A stretch of 64,000 bases of DNA from Ruminococcus sp. (GCA_003521625.1 DPHV01000022.1:6926-70925), one strand, 5' to 3'. Counted from the stretch's first letter, positions 38,524-48,863 are shown. Numbers and translations are program-made. Notes: generated by a model from the letters alone, not told the origin.

Positions 38524-38535
38524 AGCGTACCTCCG

Positions 38536-39126
38536 TTATGCAAACAGGTTTTCGACAACGCCCGAAAAGCCGAGGAAGGACAGCGAGGTTATCGAAGCCG
38601 CAACGAGCGTTATGGGCAGTCCCTGAAACGCCTTTGGAATGTCGGCGCCCTCAAGCTTTGCGCGAACGCCCGAGAACATTACCATTGCAAGGAAGAATCC
38701 AAGTCCGCTTCCGAGCGAATTTACCATTGATTCTGCAAATGTGTAGCCCTCGTCAATGTTGAGGATTGTAACGCCGAGTACGGCGCAGTTTGTCGTAATC
38801 AGCGGAAGATACACGCCCAGCGACTTGTGGAGCGAGGGAATGTACTTTTTAAGCACAATTTCAACAAGCTGAACGAGCGAGGCGATTACGAGGATAAAAA
38901 CGATTGTCTGTAGATATCCGAGGTTGTTCGAGTCAAGCAGATATGTCTGTATCGGCCACGTGACAGCCGTTGCAATGAGCATTACGAAGATTACCGCAAG
39001 GCTCATTCCAGTTGCCTGATTCAGCTTTTTGGAAACGCCGAGGAACGGACATATTCCCAAAAAGCGTGACAGCACATAGTTGTTGATGAAAACGGCGGAG
39101 AGCATAATTATAATGAATTTTGTCAT
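38536..39126 (-). CDS. rnfA: Rnf subunit A
   Basis: FLGICPFLGVSKK, LPLITTNCAVLG. Confidence 0.95.
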   Translation of the reverse strand: MTKFIIIMLSAVFINNYVLSRFLGICPFLGVSKKLNQATGMSLAVIFVMLIATAVTWPIQTYLLDSNNLGYLQTIVFILVIASLVQLVEIVLKKYIPSLHKSLGVYLPLITTNCAVLGVTILNIDEGYTFAESMVNSLGSGLGFFLAMVMFSGVRAKLEGADIPKAFQGLPITLVAASITSLSFLGFSGVVENLFA

Positions 39127-39800
39127 TTTGCTTCCTCCTTTTCACCGCAGGCGGCTTTGTTGCAAACCTCTGCTGACGGACAGCCTGCACAGCCAAAGCT
39201 CTTTTTGGCGTTCTTGCCGCCCGAGATTTTATTTACAATTGCAATTAAAATACCGAATACAAGGAATCCGCCCGGAGCCATTGTCATAATTGAGATGTTG
39301 TGGTCGAAGAAAATCGGAATTGCAATTCCGAGCCATGTTCCGCTGCCAAGCACCTCACGGATTGTAGCCATTAAAAGCAGTGCAAGCGTAAAGCCTGCGC
39401 CCATTCCGATTGCGTCAATTGCCGAGTCGATAACCTTGTTTTTGTTTGCGAACATTTCGGCTCTGCCGAGGATTATGCAGTTTACTACAATCAGCGGCAG
39501 GTAAATTCCGAGTGCCTCGTCAAGCGCAGGAGCAAAGGCTTTTACGAGCATCTGCACCATTGTTACAAAGCCTGCGATAAGCACGATGTAGCAGGGAATA
39601 CGCACCTTGTCGGGGATTACGTTTCGCAGTGCGGAGATTACGATGTTTGAGCAGAGCAGAACAACCGTAGCCGCCGCACCCATTCCGAGCGCACTCATTA
39701 CGTTTGTCGTAACTGCAAGCGTTGGGCAGGTTCCGAGCACAAGCACAAGAACAGGGTTTTCCTTGATGATACCCTTCAGAAGATTCTGTCTTTTGTTCAT
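39123..39800 (-). CDS. rnfE: Rnf subunit E
   Basis: ENPV, LGTCPTLAVT, RIP, IVVNCIILGRAE. Confidence 0.95.
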   Translation of the reverse strand: MNKRQNLLKGIIKENPVLVLVLGTCPTLAVTTNVMSALGMGAAATVVLLCSNIVISALRNVIPDKVRIPCYIVLIAGFVTMVQMLVKAFAPALDEALGIYLPLIVVNCIILGRAEMFANKNKVIDSAIDAIGMGAGFTLALLLMATIREVLGSGTWLGIAIPIFFDHNISIMTMAPGGFLVFGILIAIVNKISGGKNAKKSFGCAGCPSAEVCNKAACGEKEEAK

Positions 39801-40333
39801 TTTCCTGCCTCCTTTACCATATCAAACGCCTTGAAAGCGTCCTCAATTGCGTTTTTGTATGCGGTTGAAGAAATTGTCGCACCTGTTATTGCGTCAACCT
39901 CGCTTAAGGTGTCGGCATTTTTGCCGCAGTACTGATTTCTGTAGGGGTCCTCGGCTGTCTTTGAGCCAAGACCGCTTGTTTCTGCGTGTGAAAGCGTTTT
40001 GCACTGTTCAATAGTGCCGTCGGCTTTCATTCCGCAAATCAGCTTCATATCGCCGCCGTAGCCCTTTGTCGTCAGCATAAAGACGTAACCTGAGCCGTTT
40101 TGTGCACTGTAAACCTCGGTTACTCTTTCGGGGAGGTTTTCAATTTCGAGAGGATTAAAACCGTCTGCTTCGGCAAGCACCTCCGACATAGCCTGCTCGG
40201 TTTTCTCCTGCTCCGCTTTTGCGATAATCGGAGAGGTCACCGAGTTGATGTAGGCAAGCAGAGCTGTTACTATAAGGCAGATGCAGACGAGCACGAGAAC
40301 AGGTTTTATTATTTCGTTAAAACTCTTTTTCAT
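39797..40333 (-). CDS. rnfG: Rnf subunit G (FMN-binding)
   Basis: GYGG, ETSGLG, DAITGATISS flavinylation motif. Confidence 0.92.
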   Translation of the reverse strand: MKKSFNEIIKPVLVLVCICLIVTALLAYINSVTSPIIAKAEQEKTEQAMSEVLAEADGFNPLEIENLPERVTEVYSAQNGSGYVFMLTTKGYGGDMKLICGMKADGTIEQCKTLSHAETSGLGSKTAEDPYRNQYCGKNADTLSEVDAITGATISSTAYKNAIEDAFKAFDMVKEAGK

Positions 40334-41250
40334 TTTTTGCTACCTCCCACAAGAGGCTTTGAGCGTGTAAGCCTTGAAATGTAGGGCGTAAATATGTTCA
40401 TAAGCAGAATTGAGTACGAAACGCCCTCGGGAGATGCGCCCCAGAAACGGATAAGTATTGTGATAAGACCGCATCCAACGCCGAAGATTATCTTGCCCCA
40501 CTTTGTGCAGGGAGTGGTTGCGTAGTCGGTAGCCATAAAGAATGCACCGATGATAAGACCGCCCGACATAAGCTGATAGAGCGGTGCTTTGTCGAAAATC
40601 AGCGACATTACAAGCACAGTGCCGATAAACGCAACGGGGGTGTGCCACGTGATTACCTTTCTTGCAATCAGGTAAATTCCGCCTGCAAGCAGAGCGATTG
40701 TGCAGGTTTCGCCCAGACAGCCGCCACGCACGCCGAAGAGCATATCGAGGTATGAGGGAAGTGAGTCAAGCTCGCCCTTGAACATAAGCGCAAGCGGAGT
40801 TGCGCTTGACGATGCGTCGGGGAAAGTCCACGTTGTCATAGCGCCCGAAAACGCAGTCATCATCACGATTCTTGCGGTGATTGCAGGGTTTGCGAAGTTC
40901 TGACCGATTCCGCCGAAAAGCTGTTTTACAACAACGATTGCAAACATACTTCCGAAAGCCGCCTGCCACAGCGGAATTGAAACAGGCAGATTGTAGGCGA
41001 GCAGAACGCCCGTTACAACAGCAGAGAGGTCAAAAATTGTGTTTTCCTTTTTGCAGATTTTTTCAAAAATCCATTCAGACAAAATGCACATCGCCACGCA
41101 AACACCGATAACGAGCATTGAACGCCACCCGAAGATTATAACCGAGGCAACGCCTGCGGGGAGCAGAGCGATAAGTACGTCAAGCATAATTTTCTGCGTA
41201 GTCCTCGGTGAATTTATGTGCGGTGAAACGGAGGAAATCAGCTTATTCAT
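40330..41250 (-). CDS. rnfD: Rnf subunit D
   Basis: SPH, KQLFGGIGQNFANPA, SATPL, FFMATDYATTP; start MNKLIS. Confidence 0.95.
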   Translation of the reverse strand: MNKLISSVSPHINSPRTTQKIMLDVLIALLPAGVASVIIFGWRSMLVIGVCVAMCILSEWIFEKICKKENTIFDLSAVVTGVLLAYNLPVSIPLWQAAFGSMFAIVVVKQLFGGIGQNFANPAITARIVMMTAFSGAMTTWTFPDASSSATPLALMFKGELDSLPSYLDMLFGVRGGCLGETCTIALLAGGIYLIARKVITWHTPVAFIGTVLVMSLIFDKAPLYQLMSGGLIIGAFFMATDYATTPCTKWGKIIFGVGCGLITILIRFWGASPEGVSYSILLMNIFTPYISRLTRSKPLVGGSKK

Positions 41251-42560
41251 TTTTTGTCCTCCTTCTGTTCTCTTAAGTATTTGTTGAGCTTTGTCTTTGC
41301 AAGCTTGTTGGTCTGAACAATGTGCCTTTTTGCAGGGCAGACGTATGCACAGCATCCGCATTCCATACACAAGTCGGCGCACAGCTTTTTCAGCTCGTCA
41401 CATTGGTCGAGCTTGTAAGCCTTTGCAATTGCACGAGGGTCAAGCCTTAACGGACAGTGGTTTACGCACTCTCCGCAGTTTATGCAGGCGGTTGTCTTGG
41501 GAGGACGAGCCTCCTTTTCGTCAAGAGCAATTGCGGCGTTCGTCATTTTAAGTACGGGAACGTCGAGCGAAGAAACAGCAATTCCCATCATCGGACCGCC
41601 GTAGAGCACCTTTTTAGGCTCGCTCTTAAATCCGCCGCAGAACTCAAACAGCTTTTCAAGTGGAGTTCCGATTGGTGCGATTACGTTTTTCGGCTCTTTT
41701 ACGGCTGAGCCGTCAACGGTAATGCACTTTTCAACAAGCGGCATACCTGTTTCAATGTATTCGGCAATCGTTGCAAGCGTGGTGCAGTTGATTACGATTG
41801 CGCCCACGTCAAGCGGAAGTCCGCCCTTTGGAATCATTCTGCCTGTTGTGTTGTAGACAAGCACCTTTTCACCGCCCTGCGGATAAATTGAGGGAAGCAC
41901 CTTTACTTCAACATTTTCTTTTGAATTTGCAAGCTCGGTCATCTTTTCAATGCAGGGCTTTTTGTTGTTTTCTATACCTATTATAATGCGTTTTTTGCCG
42001 AGGTACTTGTGGAGCAAATCAATGCCTTTTGAAATGTAGTCAGCCTTGTCGAGCATTGTGCGTGTGTCCGAGGTTATGTAAGGCTCGCACTCTGCCGAGT
42101 TGATAACGATTGTTTCGACAGCCGACAAATCCTTTACGCCGAGCTTTACAAAGGTCGGAAAGCCTGCACCGCCGAGTCCGACAATTCCGCTTTCCTTTAC
42201 TGCGTTAATAAAGCTCTGGAAGTCCGTAACAACGGGCGGCTTTACGCTTTCGCAGATTTCCTGTTCGCCGTCGGTTTCGATTACAACGGCTTTTGTTTTC
42301 ATTCCGCCCGACATTGTGATTTCGCCAAGCTTTTTCACCTTGCCCGACACGCTTGAATGTACCGGTGCGCTGATGAATCCGTCGGACGAGCCGATAAGCT
42401 GACCGACTTTTACAAGCTCCCCGACCTTAACCGTCGGTACGGCAGGCTTGCCGATATGCATTGACATCGGAATTACTACCGTTTCGGGCAGAGGGAGCTT
42501 TTGGGGTACGCTTTCCGCAGTGTGCTTTCGGTGCGGAACTCTGATACCGCTTAGTTTCAT
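41247..42560 (-). CDS. rnfC: Rnf subunit C
   Basis: GIVGLGGAGFPT, ECEPYITSD, YPQGGEK, GGPMMG, two 4Fe-4S motifs. Confidence 0.95.
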   Translation of the reverse strand: MKLSGIRVPHRKHTAESVPQKLPLPETVVIPMSMHIGKPAVPTVKVGELVKVGQLIGSSDGFISAPVHSSVSGKVKKLGEITMSGGMKTKAVVIETDGEQEICESVKPPVVTDFQSFINAVKESGIVGLGGAGFPTFVKLGVKDLSAVETIVINSAECEPYITSDTRTMLDKADYISKGIDLLHKYLGKKRIIIGIENNKKPCIEKMTELANSKENVEVKVLPSIYPQGGEKVLVYNTTGRMIPKGGLPLDVGAIVINCTTLATIAEYIETGMPLVEKCITVDGSAVKEPKNVIAPIGTPLEKLFEFCGGFKSEPKKVLYGGPMMGIAVSSLDVPVLKMTNAAIALDEKEARPPKTTACINCGECVNHCPLRLDPRAIAKAYKLDQCDELKKLCADLCMECGCCAYVCPAKRHIVQTNKLAKTKLNKYLREQKEDKK

Positions 42561-42587
42561 ATCCCTATCCTCCAAGTAATTAATTAT

Positions 42588-42709
42588 AATGCGGAATTCG
42601 GAATGCGGAATGCGGAATTAACGGTCGCTCCGCTCCGAATTTGTAATAGTACGTGTTGTTTGGAAATATTTCCTTTACTATCGTACGGACACGGCGTGAG
42701 TGTCCCTAC
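42588..42709. repeat. Heptamer array, module and degenerate family C REP
   Basis: AATGCGG/AATTCGG x4-5 at 42588-42620; module 42623-42641; GGACACGGCGTGAGTGTCCCTAC 42687-42709. Confidence 0.8.
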
Positions 42710-42721
42710 GTCAGTGTTCTT

Positions 42722-43225
42722 CTAATTCTTATATTGTATTTTTGCTATTCTCATAAGCACAAGCTGTGCGCACAATCCTGTGAACGCTCCTGCGATGATT
42801 CCCGACATAATAAGTACTGGCAGGTAGTACGCAATTGCCAACGTCTGCGTCATAAAAACAGCCGCCGCAAGCTGACCTATGTTGTGCATTACGGCGCATA
42901 AAACGCTTAATACCCACAGCTGTTTAAGCGGAAAAAGGCGTTTCAGCAGTATCATCAGCAAGAAAGAAAGCAAACCGCCCGAAATGCTGTAGATGAACGA
43001 CACAAGCTGCCCGGTGAATATGCTTCCGAGTACAATTCTTAATGACATCACAGCCGCCGCATAGCGTGTGCCGAGTGCATATAGTGCAAAGAGCGTAAAA
43101 ATATTAGCAAGACCGAGCTTTACGCCGTAAATCGGAGTAAGCGGAGGGATTGCGCCCTCAATCACAAACGCAACAAGTGCAAAAGCAGTGAGAATTGCAG
43201 TTAAAATCAATTTCTTTGTTTTCAT
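42722..43225 (-). CDS. Gx transporter family / heptaprenyl diphosphate synthase component I-like protein
   Basis: IEGAIPP, GVKLGLAN, HNIGQL. Confidence 0.88.
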   Translation of the reverse strand: MKTKKLILTAILTAFALVAFVIEGAIPPLTPIYGVKLGLANIFTLFALYALGTRYAAAVMSLRIVLGSIFTGQLVSFIYSISGGLLSFLLMILLKRLFPLKQLWVLSVLCAVMHNIGQLAAAVFMTQTLAIAYYLPVLIMSGIIAGAFTGLCAQLVLMRIAKIQYKN

Positions 43226-43602
43226 CCCACTGCTCCTGTTTTTGCGTCTGCTTCGTCTGTACTGCCTTCAAATTTTATAACAACCTTGTTCGGCAGGCAC
43301 ACAATCGGAGATGAACTGCTTTTCAGCTCGCCGTGCTCAACGCAAATCTTGTCGGGACAATCGGCTGATTTCATTTCAATGCGACTGTTTGAAACAAGGA
43401 TTACGTTGTCGCCGAAGTCGCCCGAAAGCGTGATTTCACGCTCGCCTGTTACGCTGTTCAAGTCGATTTTTTCAACAAGACTGCCATCCTTGTAAATTCC
43501 GACAATCTTTGACGGTGAAGAAGCATTTGAAATAAAAAGCCACACGCCGAGGCAAAGCAGAGCAACAAATGAAAATACAACTATCCATATACGGTTTGTC
43601 AT
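43222..43602 (-). CDS. NusG domain II-containing secreted protein (Lin0431-like)
   Basis: ADCPDKICV, IVCLPNKVVI. Confidence 0.88.
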   Translation of the reverse strand: MTNRIWIVVFSFVALLCLGVWLFISNASSPSKIVGIYKDGSLVEKIDLNSVTGEREITLSGDFGDNVILVSNSRIEMKSADCPDKICVEHGELKSSSSPIVCLPNKVVIKFEGSTDEADAKTGAVG

Positions 43603-44609
43603 ATTGAAATCACCTCAAAGCCTTGCTCTGACATAAAGCTGTCTTTCAGATTGTCGGTCACGTAAATTTCGCCTTTGTCGGTAATGAAAACCGCTCCGAA
43701 AAGACTGCTGTTTTCGCTGTAAAACTTTCCCGATTTTTCAAGTCCCATAACAAACAGAGCAGTTGAAAGTGCGTCTGCAAGGGCGTCGTCATCAGACACA
43801 ATGGTGACGGATTTCAAGCCGCTGTCAGCGGGATAACCTGTTTTAGTATCTATTATATGATGGTAGGTTTGTCCGTTTTCTTCAAAATAACGCTGGTAGC
43901 CGCCCGAGGTCACAACGGCTTTGTCGGAAATTTTCAGCGTTCCGATGCTTTTTGAATTGTCGTCAGGGTCGGTTACCGCAACGCTCCAGCTTTCTCCGTC
44001 AGGCTTTGAGCCGACGGCTCGTACATTTCCTCCGAGCGACATAAGCGCAGAGGTAACACCGTTTTCTTTCAGAATTTCAGCCGCTTTGTGTGATGCGTAG
44101 CCTTTGGCAATTCCGCCGAGGTCAAGCGAAGTGTTATCATCAAGCGTTACTGTGCTGTCCTTAATTTTTATATGCTCCGCTCCGACTCCCTCAAGCGCAG
44201 TTTCAATCGCCTTTTGCGACGGAACCTTGTTTTCAAGTCCCGAATAAAATCCCCATTCACGTATAAGCGGCTCGCAACTTATGTCAAATGCGCCGTCAGT
44301 GAGCGTGTAAAGCTCCTTTGAGCGTGTGATAAGAGTAAGCGTATCTTCTGAAACGGTCATTTTCTTTGACTGATTGAGCTTGAAAATTTCGCTGTTTTCT
44401 TTCTGCACCGAAAGCAATTTGTCAAGCCTGTTGATTTCATTCTGCGCCGCTTTTACAGCGCTTTCGCTTTTACTTCCGTAGGCGTTAATCGTCATAACAG
44501 TATCCATTGCGAAAAATTCACAGTCGTATTTTGACTCAAGACTGCACCCCGAAGATAAAACAACGGCGGCAGTCATAATTAAAATGCAGGCTTTGCGCAG
44601 AAGTTTCAA
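43599..44609 (-). CDS. apbE: FAD:protein FMN transferase lipoprotein
   Basis: Lipobox SSGC, AMDT, GAFD, DLGGIAKGY, TSGGYQRY, YHHIID, ADALSTA. Confidence 0.95.
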   Translation of the reverse strand: MKLLRKACILIMTAAVVLSSGCSLESKYDCEFFAMDTVMTINAYGSKSESAVKAAQNEINRLDKLLSVQKENSEIFKLNQSKKMTVSEDTLTLITRSKELYTLTDGAFDISCEPLIREWGFYSGLENKVPSQKAIETALEGVGAEHIKIKDSTVTLDDNTSLDLGGIAKGYASHKAAEILKENGVTSALMSLGGNVRAVGSKPDGESWSVAVTDPDDNSKSIGTLKISDKAVVTSGGYQRYFEENGQTYHHIIDTKTGYPADSGLKSVTIVSDDDALADALSTALFVMGLEKSGKFYSENSSLFGAVFITDKGEIYVTDNLKDSFMSEQGFEVISI

Positions 44610-44769
44610 AGAATCATACCCTTATCAAACAGTATATAAAATCTATTATACAACAAAATTCAATAATAGCCAATATTTTTTTAGAAAAAACTGAAATTTT
44701 ATAGACTATTCAGGCGGATTTTGCAGTGAAAGTGAAAACATAATAAATATAGCGACTTTAGGATTATAA

Positions 44770-44922
44770 CCAAGCCTTCCCTTGAGGGAAGGTGGCACAG
44801 TGATTTATCACTGTGACGAAAGGGTGGTGGGTCAGATGAACTTGTATATATCAGGAAAAGTTCATCTCCACCCCTCAGTCATTTTGCAAGCAAAATGACA
44901 GCTCCCCTCAAAGGGGAGCCTT
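44770..44922. repeat. 153-bp multi-hairpin dispersed element, copy 1
   Basis: Same length and largely same sequence as 50041-50193. Confidence 0.9.
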
Positions 44923-44948
44923 GAATATAACAGAAAATATTGTGATAA

Positions 44949-45755
44949 TTATAAATTTTCCTTTTCAATCACCTTGTCAAGTTCCTTTACCATATCGCAT
45001 ACAATTTCATAGCTTCCGCCCTTTGTTACGCTTGCAAGCAGAGCGTTTATGTTTTCCTCAAACCTTTCGGGCAGGATTTTGCAACTGCTTTTGCAAAGCG
45101 ACACAAGGCGTTTTTCACCCGGATGAGTGAGCTTGTTGAGAGCAAAAATTATGTCAAAGTAGCTTGCCAGAAATTCCGTTGTTCTGTGGTGAACGCTGAC
45201 TAAATCGCCCCTTGCTTCCGCCTTTTTAATCTGCATATCATAAGAGGGGAGCTTGCCGCTTAAAAGATTTCGGTTGTTTTCAATTATATTTTTGCGAAGC
45301 TTTTCGGGATAGGGAATGTCGTACTTTTTCTGAAGAGCGGTAAATTCCCCCGTCTTGTCAAACAGTACTTTGCTGTTTAAAATGTTGTGCCAGAAGCAGG
45401 TTGTATAGCCGTTAAAGGGCTTGCCCTCGTCAACTACCATATTAAGATACTGCGAAAACATTTCAGTGTTGCGGTAGATAATGTCAATCGGCGTTCCGCT
45501 TTTGAGAATACAGTTGTCCTCAAGCTCCCAGTAGTGGTTGCCGATTTCACCCTCTGAGCAGAACGGCATTACGGTCTTGCGTTTGTCCTCAAGTGAAAGC
45601 TCCGAGTTGAGGTAAACGTAAATGTCATAGTCGGAGGAATTGTCGTTTACTCCTGTTGAACGAGAGCCTCCGAGCACGACAGCGTCGGTTTCTTTTAGTT
45701 GTTTAAAAGCCGATATGATTGAATTAAAGTAATCGTCATTGCTGTATTTTGTCAT
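44949..45755 (-). CDS. Nucleotidyltransferase domain protein (DUF4037-like)
   Basis: LGGSR...D.SSDYDIYVY pol-beta motif, SYFDIIFALN...HPGEKR. Confidence 0.82.
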   Translation of the reverse strand: MTKYSNDDYFNSIISAFKQLKETDAVVLGGSRSTGVNDNSSDYDIYVYLNSELSLEDKRKTVMPFCSEGEIGNHYWELEDNCILKSGTPIDIIYRNTEMFSQYLNMVVDEGKPFNGYTTCFWHNILNSKVLFDKTGEFTALQKKYDIPYPEKLRKNIIENNRNLLSGKLPSYDMQIKKAEARGDLVSVHHRTTEFLASYFDIIFALNKLTHPGEKRLVSLCKSSCKILPERFEENINALLASVTKGGSYEIVCDMVKELDKVIEKENL

Positions 45756-45935
45756 AAAATAACCTCCGAACAAATTTTCATTAATATTATAGCACTAAAT
45801 TATACGGTATATCAACGCCATATTTTATAATGTAATTGTTTTATTTTGAAAATTATTGATTTTCTGCACTAAATTTGATACTATATTATGTACATTAAAG
45901 TATGTTAAGATAATCTGCTTGATTCGTTTCGTAAT

Positions 45936-47315
45936 TTGGGGGCGGTTGACATAAAGAGTGTTTTTAAATCGGCGAGGAGTTCGTTTAAACGCCTGTCGCC
46001 TATGAAAATAATCCTTCTGGGATTTCTTTTAATTATTCTTCTGGGAACGGTGCTTTTGTGCCTACCGATTTCCTCACGGAGCGGTCAGCCGACACCGTTT
46101 ATGACATCTTACTTTACCGCAACCTCGGCGGTGTGCGTTACGGGACTTATAAAGGTCGATACCCACAACTACTGGTCGCTTTTCGGTCAGCTTGTAATTC
46201 TTGGTCTTATTCAGGTCGGCGGAATGGGATTTATGACAATCTGTATTTCCGCAATCTCTATGACGAAAAAGAAAATCGGTCTTGCATCACGTGAAATAAT
46301 GCAAAGCTCCGTTTCTGCTCCACAACTCGGCGGAATAGTAAGAATGACACGTTTTATCCTGCTCGGAACACTTACGGTAGAGCTTGTCGGTGCGTTTCTG
46401 CTTTCGTTTGCGTTTGTTCCGCAGTTCGGATTTTTAAAGGGAATATGGTTCTCGCTGTTCCACAGCGTTTCGGCGTTCTGCAACGCAGGCTTTGACCTTA
46501 TGGGCGGGTCGGGAGATTTCTCCTCGCTGACGGGCTACGTTTCAAATGTATATGTCTGCGTTGTGATAAGTTTGCTTATCGTAATCGGCGGTCTCGGATT
46601 TTTCGTGTGGCGTGACATACTCGACAGCAAGTTCCGGGTTTCAAAATTCAGACTGCAAACAAAGGTAGTACTGCTTATAAGCTCTGCTCTTATAGTTCTG
46701 GGAGCAATTCTGCTGTTCCTTACAGAGCTTAAAAATCCTGCGTCAAACAAGGAGAGTCTGCCACAGCAGATAGGCTCGGCTCTGTTTCAGTCCGTAACAA
46801 CAAGAACGGCGGGGTTTAATACGGTTGACCTTTCGTCAATAACTCATTCAAGTATGTTCATAATGATTTTGCTGATGCTTGTAGGCGGTTCACCCGGCTC
46901 TACGGCAGGCGGTATGAAAACAACAACGTTCGCCGTTCTGATTTCGTCAATCATCAGCACATTCAAACACAGAAAAACAGCCGAAATGCTCGGCAGACGT
47001 CTTGAGGACAACGTAACAAGGCTTGCAACCTGCGCCGTTACATTGTATGTATTTTTTGCAGGCGGTGCGGCGGTTGTTATTTCAACGATTGACAATGTAC
47101 CGTTTATCAACGCATTGTTTGAGTCGGCGTCTGCTATAGCAACAGTCGGACTTACAACGGGAATAACAACTCAGCTCGGTACAATTTCGTCCGTACTTTT
47201 AACGCTTTTGATGCTTTTCGGCAGAGTGGGCTCGCTTACAATGCTGTTTGCCTTTTCAAATTACAAGAGCAAGCCGCAGTCGCAGAAGCCGCTCGAAAAA
47301 ATTCAGATAGGATAA
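45936..47315 (+). CDS. Trk/Ktr potassium uptake membrane subunit
   Basis: SAVCVTGL, SAFCNAGF, TRTAGF, GSPGSTAGGMK, ATVGL; exact start uncertain (TTG 45936 or ATG 46002). Confidence 0.93.
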   Translation: MGAVDIKSVFKSARSSFKRLSPMKIILLGFLLIILLGTVLLCLPISSRSGQPTPFMTSYFTATSAVCVTGLIKVDTHNYWSLFGQLVILGLIQVGGMGFMTICISAISMTKKKIGLASREIMQSSVSAPQLGGIVRMTRFILLGTLTVELVGAFLLSFAFVPQFGFLKGIWFSLFHSVSAFCNAGFDLMGGSGDFSSLTGYVSNVYVCVVISLLIVIGGLGFFVWRDILDSKFRVSKFRLQTKVVLLISSALIVLGAILLFLTELKNPASNKESLPQQIGSALFQSVTTRTAGFNTVDLSSITHSSMFIMILLMLVGGSPGSTAGGMKTTTFAVLISSIISTFKHRKTAEMLGRRLEDNVTRLATCAVTLYVFFAGGAAVVISTIDNVPFINALFESASAIATVGLTTGITTQLGTISSVLLTLLMLFGRVGSLTMLFAFSNYKSKPQSQKPLEKIQIG

Positions 47316-47328
47316 GGAAGATAATATT

Positions 47329-47973
47329 ATGAAGTCAGTATTAATTATAGGCCTTGGCAGATTCGGCAGACATATGGCGCAAAAGCTGATTGCCGAGGGC
47401 AACGATGTGCTCGCAGTTGAAAAAAGCGAGGAACGTGCCGACAATGCAGTCAGCATAATTGACGATATTCACATTGCAGACGCAACCGACGAGGCGTTTA
47501 TTAAATCGCTCGGCGTTAACAACTTTGATTTGTGTGTCGTTGCAATCGGAGACAATTTCCAGAATGCGCTTGAAATAACTGTTCTGCTCAAGGACCTCGG
47601 CGCAAAGTACATTCTTGCAAGAGCAAGCAGAGAGGTTCACCGCAAGCTGTTGCTTCGAAACGGCGCAGATCACGTTGTTTACGCCGAAAGAGAAATGGCT
47701 GAACGACTTGCAATAAAATACGGTGCAAAGAATATTTTTGATTATTTCGAGCTTTCAGATGATACTGCAATCTGCGAAATTGCAGTGCCCGACAACTGGG
47801 TCGGCAAGACGATTCTTCAGAAATCTGTCCGTAACAAATATAATGTAAGTATTCTTGCAACAAAAAAAGACGGCGTGATTTACGCAAACCCCAGCCCCGA
47901 CCATGTTTTTGATAAGCACGAAACGCTTATGGTGCTTGCACATATGGATGATATTGACAGGCTCACACGCTGA
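47329..47973 (+). CDS. Trk/Ktr potassium uptake regulatory subunit (RCK)
   Basis: IGLGRFG, VVAIG, TrkA-C domain. Confidence 0.93.
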   Translation: MKSVLIIGLGRFGRHMAQKLIAEGNDVLAVEKSEERADNAVSIIDDIHIADATDEAFIKSLGVNNFDLCVVAIGDNFQNALEITVLLKDLGAKYILARASREVHRKLLLRNGADHVVYAEREMAERLAIKYGAKNIFDYFELSDDTAICEIAVPDNWVGKTILQKSVRNKYNVSILATKKDGVIYANPSPDHVFDKHETLMVLAHMDDIDRLTR

Positions 47974-48063
47974 TAACTTTGCTTGCGTATTGACAAAATA
48001 TACCTGTTGATTTATCATTTTAGCAAGTAAGTTTATTAAATCATATTCTGACTGAAAGGAGAT

Positions 48064-48735
48064 ATGATTGTGGATAATAAAGATTACGGCGATAACTTTG
48101 ACGTTACAGGCGGCAAATCTTCAAACGATTATGACTTGGATAATTTTGACGTAGACGCTGCAGATAACTTTTCGCACACAGTTCACAGCGAGGCGGAAGA
48201 AACAAGCCGTGCAGACGCTGACGATGACTACGGCGATAATTTCGATTCGCAGACAGGCGAGGATAATAAAAATTATTCCTTTGACGATGATTATGAAAAC
48301 AATTCCGAGGAATATTACATAAACACAACCCCGAGCGGAAAAAGCAAATCGGGCGGAAGGGGTAAGAAAAAGAAAAGCTCCAACAAGGCGGTTGCGGCAG
48401 TGCTTACTATTGCGGCTGTAATGTGCCTTATTGCGGCAATTGTGTTTGCGGTTACGCAGTGTTCGGGCGGAAACAATGACAAAAAAGCAACGACTGTTCA
48501 CTCAACGAAGGCATCAACTGCCGCAGTTACAACTCAGGTACAGACTAACGCCGAAACACAGGCTGTCTACACCGAGCCTGAAACAACAGAAGCTCCTACC
48601 GAGGTTTATACCGAAGCACCGACAGAGGCGCCGCAAACACAGGCGCCCGAAACTCAGCCTGTTGAAACAGAGGCACCGACGCAGGCAGAAACGGATGCAC
48701 CTGTTTCGGATGAAACACAAGAGCCGAGTATGTAG
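48064..48735 (+). CDS. Hypothetical bitopic membrane protein with acidic N-terminus and Thr/Pro/Glu-rich C-terminus
   Basis: AGGAG RBS; DYGDNFD repeats; KKKK then TM; TEAP repeats. Confidence 0.75.
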   Translation: MIVDNKDYGDNFDVTGGKSSNDYDLDNFDVDAADNFSHTVHSEAEETSRADADDDYGDNFDSQTGEDNKNYSFDDDYENNSEEYYINTTPSGKSKSGGRGKKKKSSNKAVAAVLTIAAVMCLIAAIVFAVTQCSGGNNDKKATTVHSTKASTAAVTTQVQTNAETQAVYTEPETTEAPTEVYTEAPTEAPQTQAPETQPVETEAPTQAETDAPVSDETQEPSM

Positions 48736-48863
48736 TAATTGAAGGATAAACGATAATTTAGCCGAGAGCCTCGGCGGGCAAATCGAGTGGAAAAGTCGGT
48801 TTGTTTGGAGAAAATTGCAGCCCGAATTTTAAATTGATATATAGCTAACGTTTTGTTACTATT

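Noticed and set aside
44770..44922. tRNA or known riboswitch
   Set aside because: Too long and lacks T-loop/D-loop consensus; dispersed duplicate and dyad symmetry fit a repeat element
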